DNA from: Macrostomum hystrix
Lineage: Eukaryota; Animalia; Platyhelminthes
Direction: 5' to 3'
Assembly: GCA_950097015.1 (NCBI GenBank)
Contig: CATNEN010000011.1
Coordinates: 2,480,001-2,544,000, forward strand
Length of the DNA: 64,000 nucleotides
Numbering within the stretch: the stretch's first letter is position 1; every line of letters begins with the position of its first letter. The notes beneath the pieces were generated by a model that was given only the letters and a program-made list of their open reading frames with translations, made no database searches and had not been told where the DNA came from. Shown here piece after piece: positions 37,659-50,800 of the stretch. A program made the translations under genes and the position numbers.

Positions 37659-40041
37659 CTACTGCTTCAGTGGACAGCCGAATGCGTCAGAAAATTCTGG
37701 CATCTCAACAAAACGAGCGACGCTCTGAACGGCACTCCGCAACGGACCGTCAACTTGGCGACTGCAGCGAAGCTGGGCCACAGACAGGTAAACATCACGG
37801 TGTAGACGTCTTCTGGCACCGACGTTTGGGATGACACGGCCGACGGACCCAATCTGCATCGCCACGCGCAGGCTAAGTCGTTCTTTACCAATTTCATCGC
37901 AAACTGAAGTCAGATTGCGTTCAATGTCAGTTCCGTCCTGGCAAGCTAGATTCAGCAAACGACTCGCCACCTGGTAAACAAAAGTTTCCGAATCTAAGAA
38001 GGACTGGCGTCCAACTTCTATGAGATCATTGATGTCACAGTGGCATTGTTGAAGATCAACTTGACGACTCGCGAGTGATGCAATCTTCCGGGCCTTCATT
38101 GCGTCAAATACGGCATCCAGGTAGCTATCATCCCCGCTTACGTTAAAATCAGCAGAACGTTTGCTTGCAGGGCACTGAATGCATCTCCACTTAGACGAGG
38201 TTAGAAAGTGTTCAGTAGATTTTGATGCACTTCTGGTAATCTTTTGGTCCGCACGAATGAGATGCAGAAGGGCCTTGGAGATTTCCTCGATAATAAACTC
38301 ATCAGATGGAGGCCAAGCAGCGTTGAACACTTTCAGTGCCGATTCTGGCGTCAATTCGATTGCGGCTAGAATGCATTTTCGACCAGCATCGCGTCCTAGC
38401 AACGGTAGCCTAGCAGCAGCGGAGCCAAGCGTCGAAGACAAGCTGGGCGTCGAGTAGGGACTTAGTTGAACTGCCGCGATCACAAAGGCATAAGTCATCA
38501 GCGAATCCGGATCCAGAGAACTAGTCAGCTGCATCAGCCTTCGAACCACTTCTGCATCTTCCACCAGGCAGCCTTCGGTGCTGACTTCCCAACCGGCGTT
38601 AATGAGAGGCCTTCGAAATCTAATCCAAGCCTCTCTGTTGGAGAAGATTTCGTTAGCTGGAACGAATCTCACAGCTTGACTGAGTCCATCGTTCTCAGCC
38701 AAGCGGTTAACAGTGTCGTGATAGCTGGCTACGGTTTTAGCAATGAGTTGTGGCAGACCACCTCGGTTAAAATAATCAAATGTAGCTTTCACTAGGCGCA
38801 TAACAGAGTCGATTGAATCCTTAGCAGCTAGCTGGCGACCGAGTGGCGACACTCGGCGTGGAGTTAGAACCCAAGACTGCGCATGTTTTGAAGCCGCCGA
38901 TTCAGCTGGAGTGGCAGGTCTGGCGTCGAGAGCCAGGACAAGGTTGTGCGCCAGCAGCTGAGCCAGCGCCGACTCCGGAGCCAACTCAGCATTCCAGGCT
39001 GTTGACCTGCTGCCTAGAAACGAGATCGGAGGCTGGAATCTGGAAGCTGTTGTGCCCAACTGGTGGATCTTGTCCGAGAAGGCGTCTGGCAGAGCTGCTG
39101 CCGCGTTGGCTGCTGCGGCCACGCAAGCTCGGGTCAGGTTGGCGGCGGCTGACTCACTCAGAGCACGAAGAAAACGCTCCAGCAGGGCGTCCAAGATGAA
39201 GTCCTGGAGCAGTAGGTAGGGAGGACAGATTTTTGTGTTCATTTATTTGATGAAGGGTACAATGTAGAATACTGTGCGGCGGTCTTTGAAGTCAGCATTG
39301 CGTAAGAGTTCGTCAATGAGATGGAGTCAAGACAAAAATTATTACTATTTACTACTTCGAGTGCTCCTTGACGCATGATTGTTAAGAAGTTGCCAAAGAC
39401 AAGGCGACGTTTTTTAGAACCCCAAAAATGCAAACACAAATGGCGGACTATGGTCCTAGTACACGATTCCAGTTGTTGTCAGTTTCTTCCCAAGCTAATT
39501 AGCCCGCCAAGGCGGCGCTGACCCTAAGATCCTCTTTCGCTGATCGCTCGTCCTCCAGCCGGCCCAGATCCTGTCGCCAGCGCAGCGGAGACTTGGCCTC
39601 ATAGTGGCCGCACGCGAAGCCGTAGAAGTCGTCGCACGGATTGTTACCCATTGTTGGATGCTGCCGATTGAAACTGTACGGCCCGCCGCTGGTCATTCTT
39701 TCAGCAGCTGGCTGAGGCTTTGTCGTTGACGTTGCTCGATAGAAGAAGAAGGACATCAGGCCGAAGCCGATGGCAAAGCAGACTAGCAGGGCAGCAAGGA
39801 TCACAGCGACGGTCGGGCAGGCCGACCGTAAGCCGCTCCAAGTCTCCCGGTTGTCGTCATCGTAGTCGTCATCGTCCTCGGCGTCGAATCGAATGTCCTG
39901 TGCCTTGCGGATTGCTGCTGCTGCCGCCTCCTCGCCGGCGTCTCGTTCGGCAACGTCGATGCGGACTCGTCGAGACGATCTGGCAGCATCTGGCTGCTGC
40001 TGCTGCTGCTGGTGCGGCATCAAATGATCTGACGTAGCCAT
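37659..40041 (-). CDS. Neprilysin/ECE (peptidase M13)-like type II membrane protein, probably inactive; exons 39523-40041 and 37659-39203
   Basis: Cytoplasmic N-terminus, TM segment (VAVILAALLVCFAIGFGLMSFFF), the M13 N-terminal signature NPCDDFYGFACG and a C-terminal EFSDAFGCP. Phase-0 junction AGG|gtcagc...ctccag|GAC. No HExxH. Confidence 0.75.
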
Positions 40042-40836
40042 CTCGAAGATAAGAATCGAGTCGAGTAAAATCGAAGAAAACGGTGCAGGACGATGCCCAA
40101 AGTGAGCCGCAGTTTATTATTTTTTCAGTCCTTCACACTATTCGGCATCGATTGGTTCGGCTGTTTTCTGACCAATAGAAAATGATTAATTGTAGGAATC
40201 CGCGTTCCTTGCGCCAACAGTGAACCTCGGACCACACCGATGTGCAACCCAATTAAGTGGATCACGATTGCGTAATCACCCTTCCGGTAGTGAACTAATA
40301 AGCGATTCTCAGCCTGTTGTTCTAAAATATTTTTCAGTCCATTTAAACAACACTAACGAGTAAAGTGTCATTACTAATTCATTTATTCTTTACTTGACAA
40401 CATTTAAAATTGAGCAACTTTAATGTATCATTACACATTAGACATTAACATAGTAGATATTACACTCTAACGTGTTTAGACATAAGGCAACTAACGTTCA
40501 ACGTGTTGTGTCGCTAAATCTTGCCCACAATGATTACATTGCTTAACCCAAAAAAATCCATTCATCATTCTCTAATGATGAATTGCAGTTTGTCCCTCAG
40601 AACTGTAGAAATCTGTCAAAGCAATATTATTTCAAAATGGGCAAATCTTTTGAAGATTGATTATGCGTAGAAACACAAGTTTAAGAGGTGTGCAAACAAA
40701 TCAGAAATAGGTTTTCATTCTATCTGGCGGAAATATAGCATTGAAAGAAAAAAACAGTCTTTCTAGACTCCATGCACGGGTGTCTGCAAATGATATCCAG
40801 ACAATTTCTATTGAACATGTTTGGTATTTTATTTTA

Positions 40837-41207
40837 GGGGGTCGGTAGCAGAGCAGTTAAAGTGTTTGCCTCTCGCGCACCAAGGTCCCTAAGTTCGATT
40901 CCACGGCGAGGCCACATTTATTTTGGGCGCAGCCGCGGAGTGAGGGCTTGGGGACTTGTCATGCAATTTACGCCCTTGAGGGCCAACCTCCAAGGCATAG
41001 TGAAGTGTACGCTGCCTGATGATGAGAAAGTCAGGGCAGATGTACACACCTGTGTGAGCGTGTGCCTGCGTACAGTATCTGTGTGCGTATGTGCTCAGGA
41101 GTCAGCGAAATGGGCAGAATTGCCTCCTCGCTGGCTGCGGGTCTAGTGTCACCAAATTATGTGTCATTTCCCGCAGCCCTTGTGCAATTAATATTATTAT
41201 TATTATT
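40837..41207 (+). mobile_element. Most complete copy of a tRNA-derived SINE
   Basis: Head with A-box-like ggtagcagagcagttaaagtg and B-box-like gttcgattcc, a shared central body and an (att)n tail. Homologous copies at 10540, 24250, 25799 and 28891. Confidence 0.88.
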
Positions 41208-41874
41208 AAACTAACATTAAAAAAACAAATCAAAGCACACTGTCATGACATTCTGGCTTCGGGTTGTGAGCAAAAATAACATCGCGTTTTCGTGATCAGA
41301 GAGCGTTGCGCAATTCGCTAGGTTTTTTCAAGTCTCTCTCTCGGGCCAAATGGGTCTAGGATGTTAGTGTAAATTTAGCCTTGAGAAAAAAAACGGTAAA
41401 TGGATACAGCGAGGGTGAAAGAGTGAGTGCTAAGAGCGAAGACACCGCGAAGTTGTCAGGCGTGAAGCGAAGAGAGCTGTTACGTAACGCTGGATGCGTT
41501 AAAGAATTCATTAAATTCACCCGCTGTTGGCATAAACATCGATTGCTATTGCTACACACAATGGTCAATGCTTGAAAGCCGTTTTTGTTTGAATTGTTCC
41601 GCCTGAACTGAAGTTTACTTCGGTACTGCTGAAAGGCTGGGTCATTGCAAATTAGACAAACCTATGACAGCCATAGATATTCCTCGACATTGTGTGACGA
41701 CCACTTGACAGTAAAACTGACTCATTTTAGATATGCGATATGCTAATCCGCTATCAGAAATCAAAGCCCTGGGTAAGAAAGATAAATAATTAACACGAAT
41801 TGGGCCGTCCAGAGGGTCGTCGCTACTTCCGTTACCGCTGCTGCTGCTGCTTTATCCTTGTTCTCGCAATTAAG

Positions 41875-44800
41875 ATGAGCTTCTCAATGAAACGTATATT
41901 TTCCAACCCATTCTGTGTTTCACTTCTTTTTCGATCTAGGCTGTTTTTCTTCGTGACTTGTAGTAAGTGAGCAGTATTCTGGTTAATGCTCTTGTCTCGT
42001 CTTAGCCCACAGCAAGAAAAGTTGACAAAATGATAATCTGTCAGTGCTGTGCCTTAAAATCTGTCAGTGCTGTGCCTTAAAATCTGTCAGTGCTGTGCCT
42101 TAAAATCTGTCAGTGCTGTGCCTTAAAATCTGTCAGTGCTGTGCCTTAAAATCTGTCAGTGCTGTGCCTTAAAATCTGTCAGTGCTGTGCCTTGATAATC
42201 TGTCAGTGCTGTGCCTTGATAATCTGTCAGTGCTGTGCCTTGATAAGTTGTGAGTGCTGTGCCTTGATATCTGTCAGTGCTGTGCCTTGATAATCTGTCA
42301 GTGCTGTGCCTTGATAATCGGTCAGTGCTGTGCCTTGATATCTGTCAGTGCTGTGCCTTGATAATCTGTCAGTGCTGTGCCTTGATAATCGGTCAGTGCT
42401 GTGCCTTGATAATTTGTGAGTGCTGTGCCTTGATAATCTGTCAGTGCTGTGCCTTGATAATCGGTCAGTGCTGTGCCTTGATAATTTGTGAGTGCTGTGC
42501 CTTGATAATCTGTCAGTGCTGTGCCTTGATAATCTGTCAGTGCTGTGCCTTGATAAGTTGTGAGTGCTGTGCCTTGATATCTGTCAGTGCTGTGCCTTGA
42601 TATCTGTCAGTGCTGTGCCTTGATATCTGTCAGTGCTGTGCCTTGATATCTGTCAGTACTGTGCCTTGATATCTGTCAGTACTGTGCCTTGATATCTGTC
42701 AGTGCTGTGCCTTGATAATGTGAGTGCTGTGCCTTGATAAGTTGTGTGTGCTGTGCCTTGATAATTTGTGAGTGCTGTGCCTTGATAATCTGTCAGTGCT
42801 GTGCCTTGATAATCTGTCAGTACTGTGCCTTGATAATCTGTCAGTGCTGTGCCTTGATAATCTGTCAGTGCTGTGCCTTGATAAGTTGTGAGTGATGTGC
42901 CTTGATATCTGTCAGTGCTGTGCCTTGATAATCTGTCAGTGCTGTGCCTTGATAATCTGTCAGTGCTGTGCCTTGATAAGTTGTGAGTGCTGTGCCTTGA
43001 TAATCTGTCAGTGCTGTGCCTTGATAAGTTGTGAGTGCTGTGCCTTGATAATCTGTCAGTGCTGTGCCTTGATAAGTTGTGAGTGCTGTGCCTTGATAAG
43101 TTGTGAGTGCTGTGCCTTGATAATCTGTCAGTGCTGTGCCTTGATAATCTGTCAGTGCTGTGCCTTGATAATCTGTCAGTGCTGTGCCTTGATAATCTGT
43201 CAGTGCTGTGCCTTGATAAGTTGTGAGTGCTGTGCCTTGATAATCTGTCAGTGCTGTGCCTTGATAATCTGTCAGTGCTGTGCCTTGATAAGTTGTGAGT
43301 GCTGTGCCTTGATAAGTTGTGAGTGCTGTGCCTTGATAAGTTGTGAGTGATGTGCCTTGATATCTGTCAGTGCTGTGCCTTGATAATCTGTCAGTGCTGT
43401 GCCTTGATAATCTGTCAGTGCTGTGCCTTGATAAGTTGTGAGTGATGTGCCTTGATATCTGTCAGTGCTGTGCCTTGATAATCTGTCAGTGCTGTGCCTT
43501 GATAATCTGTCAGTGCTGTGCCTTGATAAGTTGTGAGTGCTGTGCCTTGATATCTGTCAGTGCTGTGCCTTGATAATCTGTCAGTGCTGTGCCTTGATAA
43601 TCTGTCAGTGCTGTGCCTTGATAAGTTGTGAGTGCTGTGCCTTAAAACCTGTCAGTGCTGTGCCTTGATAATGGCTGTACGTAAGAACCCCTTGCGGTTC
43701 TAGACTCCATGCATAACTTACAACCTAATGTGGCAGGGGCCCCGGTTGTTACGACTCATACGGCCTACGGCCTGTGCCGCGCTTCTGTTGGCGAAAGCCT
43801 AGCCTATCATGAATGCGGATGTGTCCAAACTGTACTGCTAATGTTATTATCATGCCTTATTTATATTATAGCTACTTTAATACATCATGACTTACTTGAC
43901 TTAGCTGCAGGGGGCATCCTTCGCGGATGCAGAGGGGAGGCGTTGCCGCCCATTCCGCTAGCCCTTGGTGACCACGGGCAACTAAAGCTGCGGTGTCGCG
44001 CAGGGGGATCCGGTGATGCCGGCGTCCGGAACGCGGTCCTCCTCCGGAGAGTCCAGGAGGTGGAGAGTCGCTCGCCCTTAGGTAACGGACGAGCTGGCAG
44101 ATGTTCTCAGGCCTGAAAACGTCGGGAAGATCCAGGTTTGAGCCTGTCCTGAGTGAAGGCGGGGCAGTCGCAAATAAAATGCTCTGCATCCTCAACGTAG
44201 GAGAGGCAGAAGGGGCATTCCTCACTGCGGATTTTGCCTTGCAGGAAGCGGTGCCTGGCGAAACAGCCATGGCCAGAGAGGTCCATGGTGACTTGCCCTG
44301 ATGTCCCTGCGGTTAAGTCCAAGCAAAGGCTTTGCGAAGGGCAGTGGAGGGACAAGGGACAGCAGCGCGAGACTGCCGACAATCGGCGGTATTGATCCAT
44401 CTGTCCTTGTGCTTAGAGGCCACTAACTGGTTAATCCGAGTGTTGACGACGGCGGTAGGGGTGGAGACCTCAGGCACGGGGCCAAAGAGCAAGCCCGTCG
44501 ATCCCGTCGAGCCCGTCGATCCCGTCGAGCCCGTCGAACTTTAATACATAATCTTCTATATAATTTTTGGCATGCCAACTTATCTCAGAAGAGAACCTTC
44601 TTCTCGTACCTTTTTCTCATAAGCCTGTACATGCTTAAATGAGCAGGGGAAAAATATGAAAAGTAACCATGCAGAAGCAGCTGGACTTGGCTGCTGTACT
44701 GCAGGGCCAGGCGGCTGGGCTTAAGGTCGACCGTCGTTGTTGTTCAGGGGCGAAAGCTTGTCGTGATGACTCGGGGTAAAGGGGGGATTAATATATCAGG

Positions 44801-47800
44801 AATTGGGGACTCGACAAAATGGGAACACTTTGGGAAAGGGGAGATAAGGGGAGATAAGGGGGATATTTGCAAAATAGCAGGGGTGGACAAGCGCGTCAAA
44901 GATGTCGGAACGTCTGACTTTTTCGAAGGAAAACCGAAGGGATTAAATAGGGAAAGGTCACGCATCACTCGCACGATCCGTGATAGAAAGTATCTGTTGA
45001 CCCAGCCAGCAGTGTACAACCGAGCCCTGCCGCGCTCTGATTGGCCCGACGTTGTGCAGTAATGCACAGTAAGCTTCAAGGGAGGTGGGGCGGGTGATAT
45101 TTCATAATATTTGAAATATTCATCACATTGCCACCACATCATTCACCCATCCATCCACAGTGTCTCGTTTGGAAAGCAGTTACCTGGTCTTGATTTTATA
45201 CGTTACATAACCAATTTTCCGCTCAGATAATTGTAAAGGTGACGTTAAGTTAGATCGGAATGCGATCCACGACTCATAACCCGAATCCCCAAAAACCTCA
45301 AAACTGGTAGACAGCTGGGCTTTATCGCACCGGCAGGGTCTTCTCGGAAACGTTCATTATGATCTAATTTTAGAACCAGGTATAAACTTAATTATGACAG
45401 CAAAGTCCAGCAGTAAGTTAAGTTTTTAGAGTCCAGCACTGACAATACAATGACTACTACTGAAGTACGAACTACTAGTTTGTGATTATATTGGTGTCGT
45501 AGTTCAGCACTCATCAGAATATGAGCTGCGGGGGAATTACAGTTTACAATCTTCCGAACTAATCAATGAACTCATTCACTATTTCGGCTGTGCCTTTCCG
45601 TTCTGTCGGAGTGCAGTGACAGTCCTCTCATTTAATATAACAAGCCCTAACGAAACTTTTTGACGCTCAACAGGAGCGGCGTGAAATGATGCTGGCTTTT
45701 GTTGTTTTTCCACTAGAAGAAGACTATATGTATTGGTATATATACATTGTATATATATTGTATATACATATATTGTATATACAATACAATTGTATATTGT
45801 ATATACCTTGTATATATACAATATTCACGTAAGCTCAAGCACTAATGTTACCGAATTTGTATTTAAATTCTAACTATCCAGAGTAAGTTTTAAACTAAAA
45901 TGCTCACCAACAACTTAAATACAAAAAGAACACAGTTTTGGACGGTACTTAAAACAACAATTTAACTTTTCTGGCATATGGGTTGTACTTCAAACTCCTA
46001 ATATTTTTAACCCGAAAAGCTAGAGAACTAAAACAAATGCCGTTGGCAATTTTAACCTCGAGAGCAATTTTGCGCAAAATACAGTGCAAAATATGGCCTT
46101 ATTGCAAAAAATTTCTACTTTGCATTTAAACAGAGAGAAAAGAGGGGTGATTTATTGTTGCAAGCTTTTAACTTTATAAAATTAACCCAATGAATTCTTA
46201 AATATTAGTTGTTGGTGATCGTCAATGTCAATGACATAATTTGTACGGGAAATGATTAAATATGCCGTTATTTTTCATTCATGAGTGATGAACAGAACAG
46301 CCTTTCAATTAGCCCTTTTTTGCAGTATTTCATATTATTTTTAACTTATATTTACACATGCTCTGTACTTATTACAATCCCAATTTTTTTGTAGTTTATA
46401 GCGCATCCATTGTAACTTGTTAAGTTAATTCTCACGAAAAAAAGAAATGAACAGTTGGAAATGCGAAATAGACACAAAATTGTTCAGCAGGCCTACCAAG
46501 AAGCAACTACATTATATTGTAAGCTATAATGTAGTAAAGGTATAGCTCTAAGTATTGTGCGGGGCTATTAATGACATGACACTTTATCATGCATGCTCAT
46601 GGTTCTGCTTCTAGGGTAGACATTTCATCATCTTCAAGGCGATTGGGTTGACATGTGCTGCGCATGATTGCAAGTTTACACCAACAGTCCAGTTAATTAG
46701 CAGCCACTTTAACAACCACATTGAATGATAACTAATGGTCTCATAAGATCTGATTAGTTAGGTGTAGGCCTATAAATAATTTTATGTAAAAAAAAATATA
46801 TTTTTAGTTTTTTATTTCGAATCAAGCAATTTACAAGGAGTGTTCCATAACTAGGTGCCTACTTATCCTTTTGCATGCTACTAAAGAACTACTTAACAAA
46901 TCATTAAGATCTTAGTGTCATTAGAAAGTGGCTTTATCAGTCTATATATTATTATTTTTTTAAAATGTAAAATTTAGTTCATTTTTCAAATTTTCAAATG
47001 AGGTTAGGCTAGGCCTAATTCCAATGCTTAGTCACCCACTGTCACCCATGGCCATAATGTTACAAGTAATTTTTTGGTCTGCAAAACTACAAAACCATAT
47101 CCATAAGCAAATTGAAACAAAGGATCATTTATAGGAATGTAGGATTATCAATTTGTCTACTGTAGCAATCAAACAATGGGAGAATTCCCAGTTACTATAT
47201 TCTTTCATCATTTGGATAATAGTCTAGCAAATCTGCTGCCATTGCAGGAATTTGCAGCCTCGGGTTGGAAGTGAGGTGTGGCACCCAGCAAGCAGCAAGC
47301 TTGACAAATTCTATCTTAAATAAGCATCAATGCATTATTATGCTTGGAGTATCCAGCCTGTCTACAATTTTTCAGATAGTTAGCTTACAATCCTTATCTA
47401 TTAGATCAAGAATTTGATTCCAAGAGCATCAAAGCCAGGTATACATCTGACTTAGGCCAATCTACAAATCAGTCCTCCAGGCCTCAAACTGCTCAAACCT
47501 AGCCATAGGCCTACCAGTCTTCTTGCTTACTGCACTAGCACCATGAGTGGCAAGCAGAATGAGTGGCAAGCAAGTCTATTATATTACTATAAAAAAAGAA
47601 ATAATCCCATTTGGCTTAAAAAAAAACTCGCAATTAACAGTTGCAGCAATTTTTTTCAAACAAATTGTTTAAGCCATTTAATAAGGCTTCAAATTTGATA
47701 AAGCATTTAACAGACTCCTGCCAGAGTTTAATGGCAGCTACTGCTGCCATAGACAGTTCCATTGTGTGCAGCCCTGCTACTAAAGATGAATCTGCCAACA

Positions 47801-50800
47801 CACCACAGTTCTACTTTGAGAATGGCCTGCGCAAAGTAATTATCAGAATACTTCACTTTAGTAGTATGCGAATCCGACTATTTTTTAACTATATTAATAT
47901 TTATTCATTTTAACTTTTAGGTGTATCCTTACTATTTTGTCTACACAACTTATACTAAGCAGCGATGGCTTGGCAAACGATTAAAAGATGTCATGCTGGA
48001 TGAATATCGCGGCAGCACAACTGAAGCTCTGGTAATGCTATTTGTTTGAGACATCAGATTTGTCTTTGTTGTGAAATCATTGTTGACCATTCATAAAATA
48101 CAGTTGCCTTTCCTACCCAGCTTTCTGAAGAGTTACATTCTCTTTCAAATTTAACCATAAATCTCCTTTATTAAGAATCCGATTCTCAATAATTAACTGG
48201 ATAACTGTTGAAGGTCCAGCAGCTCCGTCTAGTTAAAGGTCGGTGACCACCGAAGTTGAAGATGATGCAGGCACAATTCGGGTGACATGCTGATAAATTT
48301 TGAAGGCCGCACTGAGGCGCAGTGCTAATTCGTGTATTGGGATGTATGAAATACACTAGCGCTTATGGGAAAAATCTGATCTTCGGCCAGAAACATTGAA
48401 TATCTCGACGGTCCTAATGACTGGCGACTTGATTATTGTTTCAGAAGATGCGCAACAAAATTTGACCCGTGTTCTCGAGTTTTGTGAGCTTGAGTTACTC
48501 CATTTGGGTGCAGAAAAAATAATTGTCATGGGGGATATTCTAAGAAATATCTAATGATCGGCTTAACCAATCAGAATACTTTAAGAACGAGCTCATGAGA
48601 TTTACGCAAGGAGATTAGCAGAAAAGTTGATAATTGATAATTAATCTACAATTTTTACCAACAACTTTGTTTTAGTCAGATTCGCGACTTCAAATTGGGT
48701 CGAATCACAATTAATGGTAATGCAGCTAGTGAGAATCACGTTCTCAATCACAATGAATTTATACAGCGCAGTGTGCATAGACACGAGCTGCCTGTGCTAG
48801 GTGAGAAGCTTTGATTTATTTTATTTTACTTTTTGTGTTTAACGCAAAAATTTGGCCTGGGGGCTAATAAACTGATTAGTTATCAGATCCGTTAGTTAGG
48901 TCTGAAGGCTAATAAACTGATTAGTTATCAGATCCGTTAGTTAGGTCTGAAGGCTAATAAACTGATTAGTTATCAGATCCGTTAGTTAGGCCTGAAGGCT
49001 AATAAACTGATTAGTTATCAGATCCGTTAGTTAGGCCTGAAGGCTAATAAACTGATTAGTTATCAGATCCGTTAGTTAGGCCTGAAGGCTAATAAACTGA
49101 TTGGTTATCAGATCCGTTAGTTAGGCCTGAAGGCTAATAAACTGATTAGTTATCAGATCCGTTAGTTAGGCCTGAAGGCTAATAAACTGATTAGTTATCA
49201 GATCCGTTAGTTAGGCCTGAAGGCTAATAAACTGATTGGTTATCAGATCCGTTAGTTAGGCCTGAAGGCTAATAAACTGATTAGTTATCAGATCCGTTAG
49301 TTAGGCCTGAAGGCTAATAAACTGCTCTGATTCCAGACTCTCCAATCGACATTATCTATGAGGACAGCGAGGTTCTGGTTGTGAACAAGCCGCCCAGCCT
49401 GCCAATACATCCTTGCGGCAGGTTTAATCGCAATTCGCTGTCTTATCTATTGGAAAATGAGCACAATAAGCTCGGTTTGCACATTGTTCACAGGCTGGAT
49501 CGCATGACATCAGGTGTATTGATCATTGGCAAATCTCCCGAAAAAGCTGCGGCCCTATCTGCTTTAGTGAGAGATCGCGTTGTGCAAAAGTGGTACCTGG
49601 CCAGAGTTGATGGGAGGTGAGACCAGAGCCCGATTCTTTTTTATTTCTGAGGGTAAATGATCAGATTCTTCAACTTCAGGTATTTCTTCAGATCATTCAG
49701 CTTCAGGTCATTCTTTAGCTTCAGGTAATTCTTCAGCTTCAGGTCATTCTTCAGCTTCAGGTAATTCTTATGATTCTTTAGTTTCAGATAATTCGTCAGA
49801 TTCTTCAGCTTCAGGTAATCCTTCTGATTCTTTAGTTTCAGGTAATTCTTCAGATCCTTCAGCTTCAGGTAATTCTTCAGATCCTTCAGCTTCAGGTAAT
49901 TCTTCAGCTTCAGGTAATTCTTCAGATCCTTCAGCTTCAAGTAATTCTTCAGATCCTTCAGCTTCAGGTAATTCTTCTGATTCTTTAGTTTCAGAATTCG
50001 TCAGATTCGTCAGCTTCAGGTAATCCTTCTGATTATTCAGCTTCAGGTAATTCTTCAGATCCTTCAGCTTCAGGTAATTCTTCAGATCCTTCAGCTTCAG
50101 GTAATTCTTCAGATCCTTCAGCTTCAGGTAGTTCTTCAGATCCTTCAGCTTCAGGTAATTCTTCAGCTTCAGGTAATTCTTCAGCTTCAGGTAATTCTTC
50201 AGATCCTTCAGCTTCAGGTAATTCTTCAGATCCTTCAGCTTCAAGTAATTCTTCAGATCCTTCAGCTTCAGGTAATTCTTCTGATTCTTTAGTTTCAGAA
50301 TTCGTCAGATTCGTCAGCTTCAGGTAATCCTTCTGATTATTCAGCTTCAGGTAATTCTTCAGATCCTTCAGCTTCAGGTAATTCTTCAGATCCTTCAGCT
50401 TCAGGTAATTCTTCAGATCCTTCAGCTTCAGGTAGTTCTTCAGATCCTTTAGCTTCAGGTAATTCTTCAGCTTCAGGTAATTCTTCAGATCCTTCAGCTT
50501 CAGGTAATTCTTCAGATCCTTCAGCTTCAGGTAGTTCTTCAGATCCTTCAGCTTCAGGTAACTCTTCAGATCCTTCAGCTTCAGGTAATTCTTCAGATCC
50601 TTCAGCTTCAGGTAACTCTTCAGATTCTTCAGCTTCAGGTAGTTCTTCAGATCCTTCAGCTTCAGGTAATTCTTCAGATCCTTCAGCTTCAGGTAATTCT
50701 TCAGATCCTTCAGCTTCAGGTAGTTCTTCAGATCCTTCAGCTTCAGGTAATTCTTCAGATCCTTCAGCTTCAGGTAGTTCTTCAGATCCTTCAGCTTCAG

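Noticed and set aside
40837-40915. Possible tRNA gene
   Set aside because: A and B boxes are present, but no proper cloverleaf or anticodon arm; it is continuous with a multi-copy SINE body.
42277-43350. Cys-rich metallothionein/keratin-associated-like ORFs
   Set aside because: 24-bp satellite translation.
47140-47560. Minus-strand stretch with gag-like peptide fragments ([14 protein letters not shown]; [12 protein letters not shown])
   Set aside because: Multiple stops and frame changes; family assignment by eye is not reliable.
48862-49323. CRISPR-like regular 45-bp repeats
   Set aside because: Units are contiguous without unique spacers, the context is eukaryotic, and no cas genes are present.
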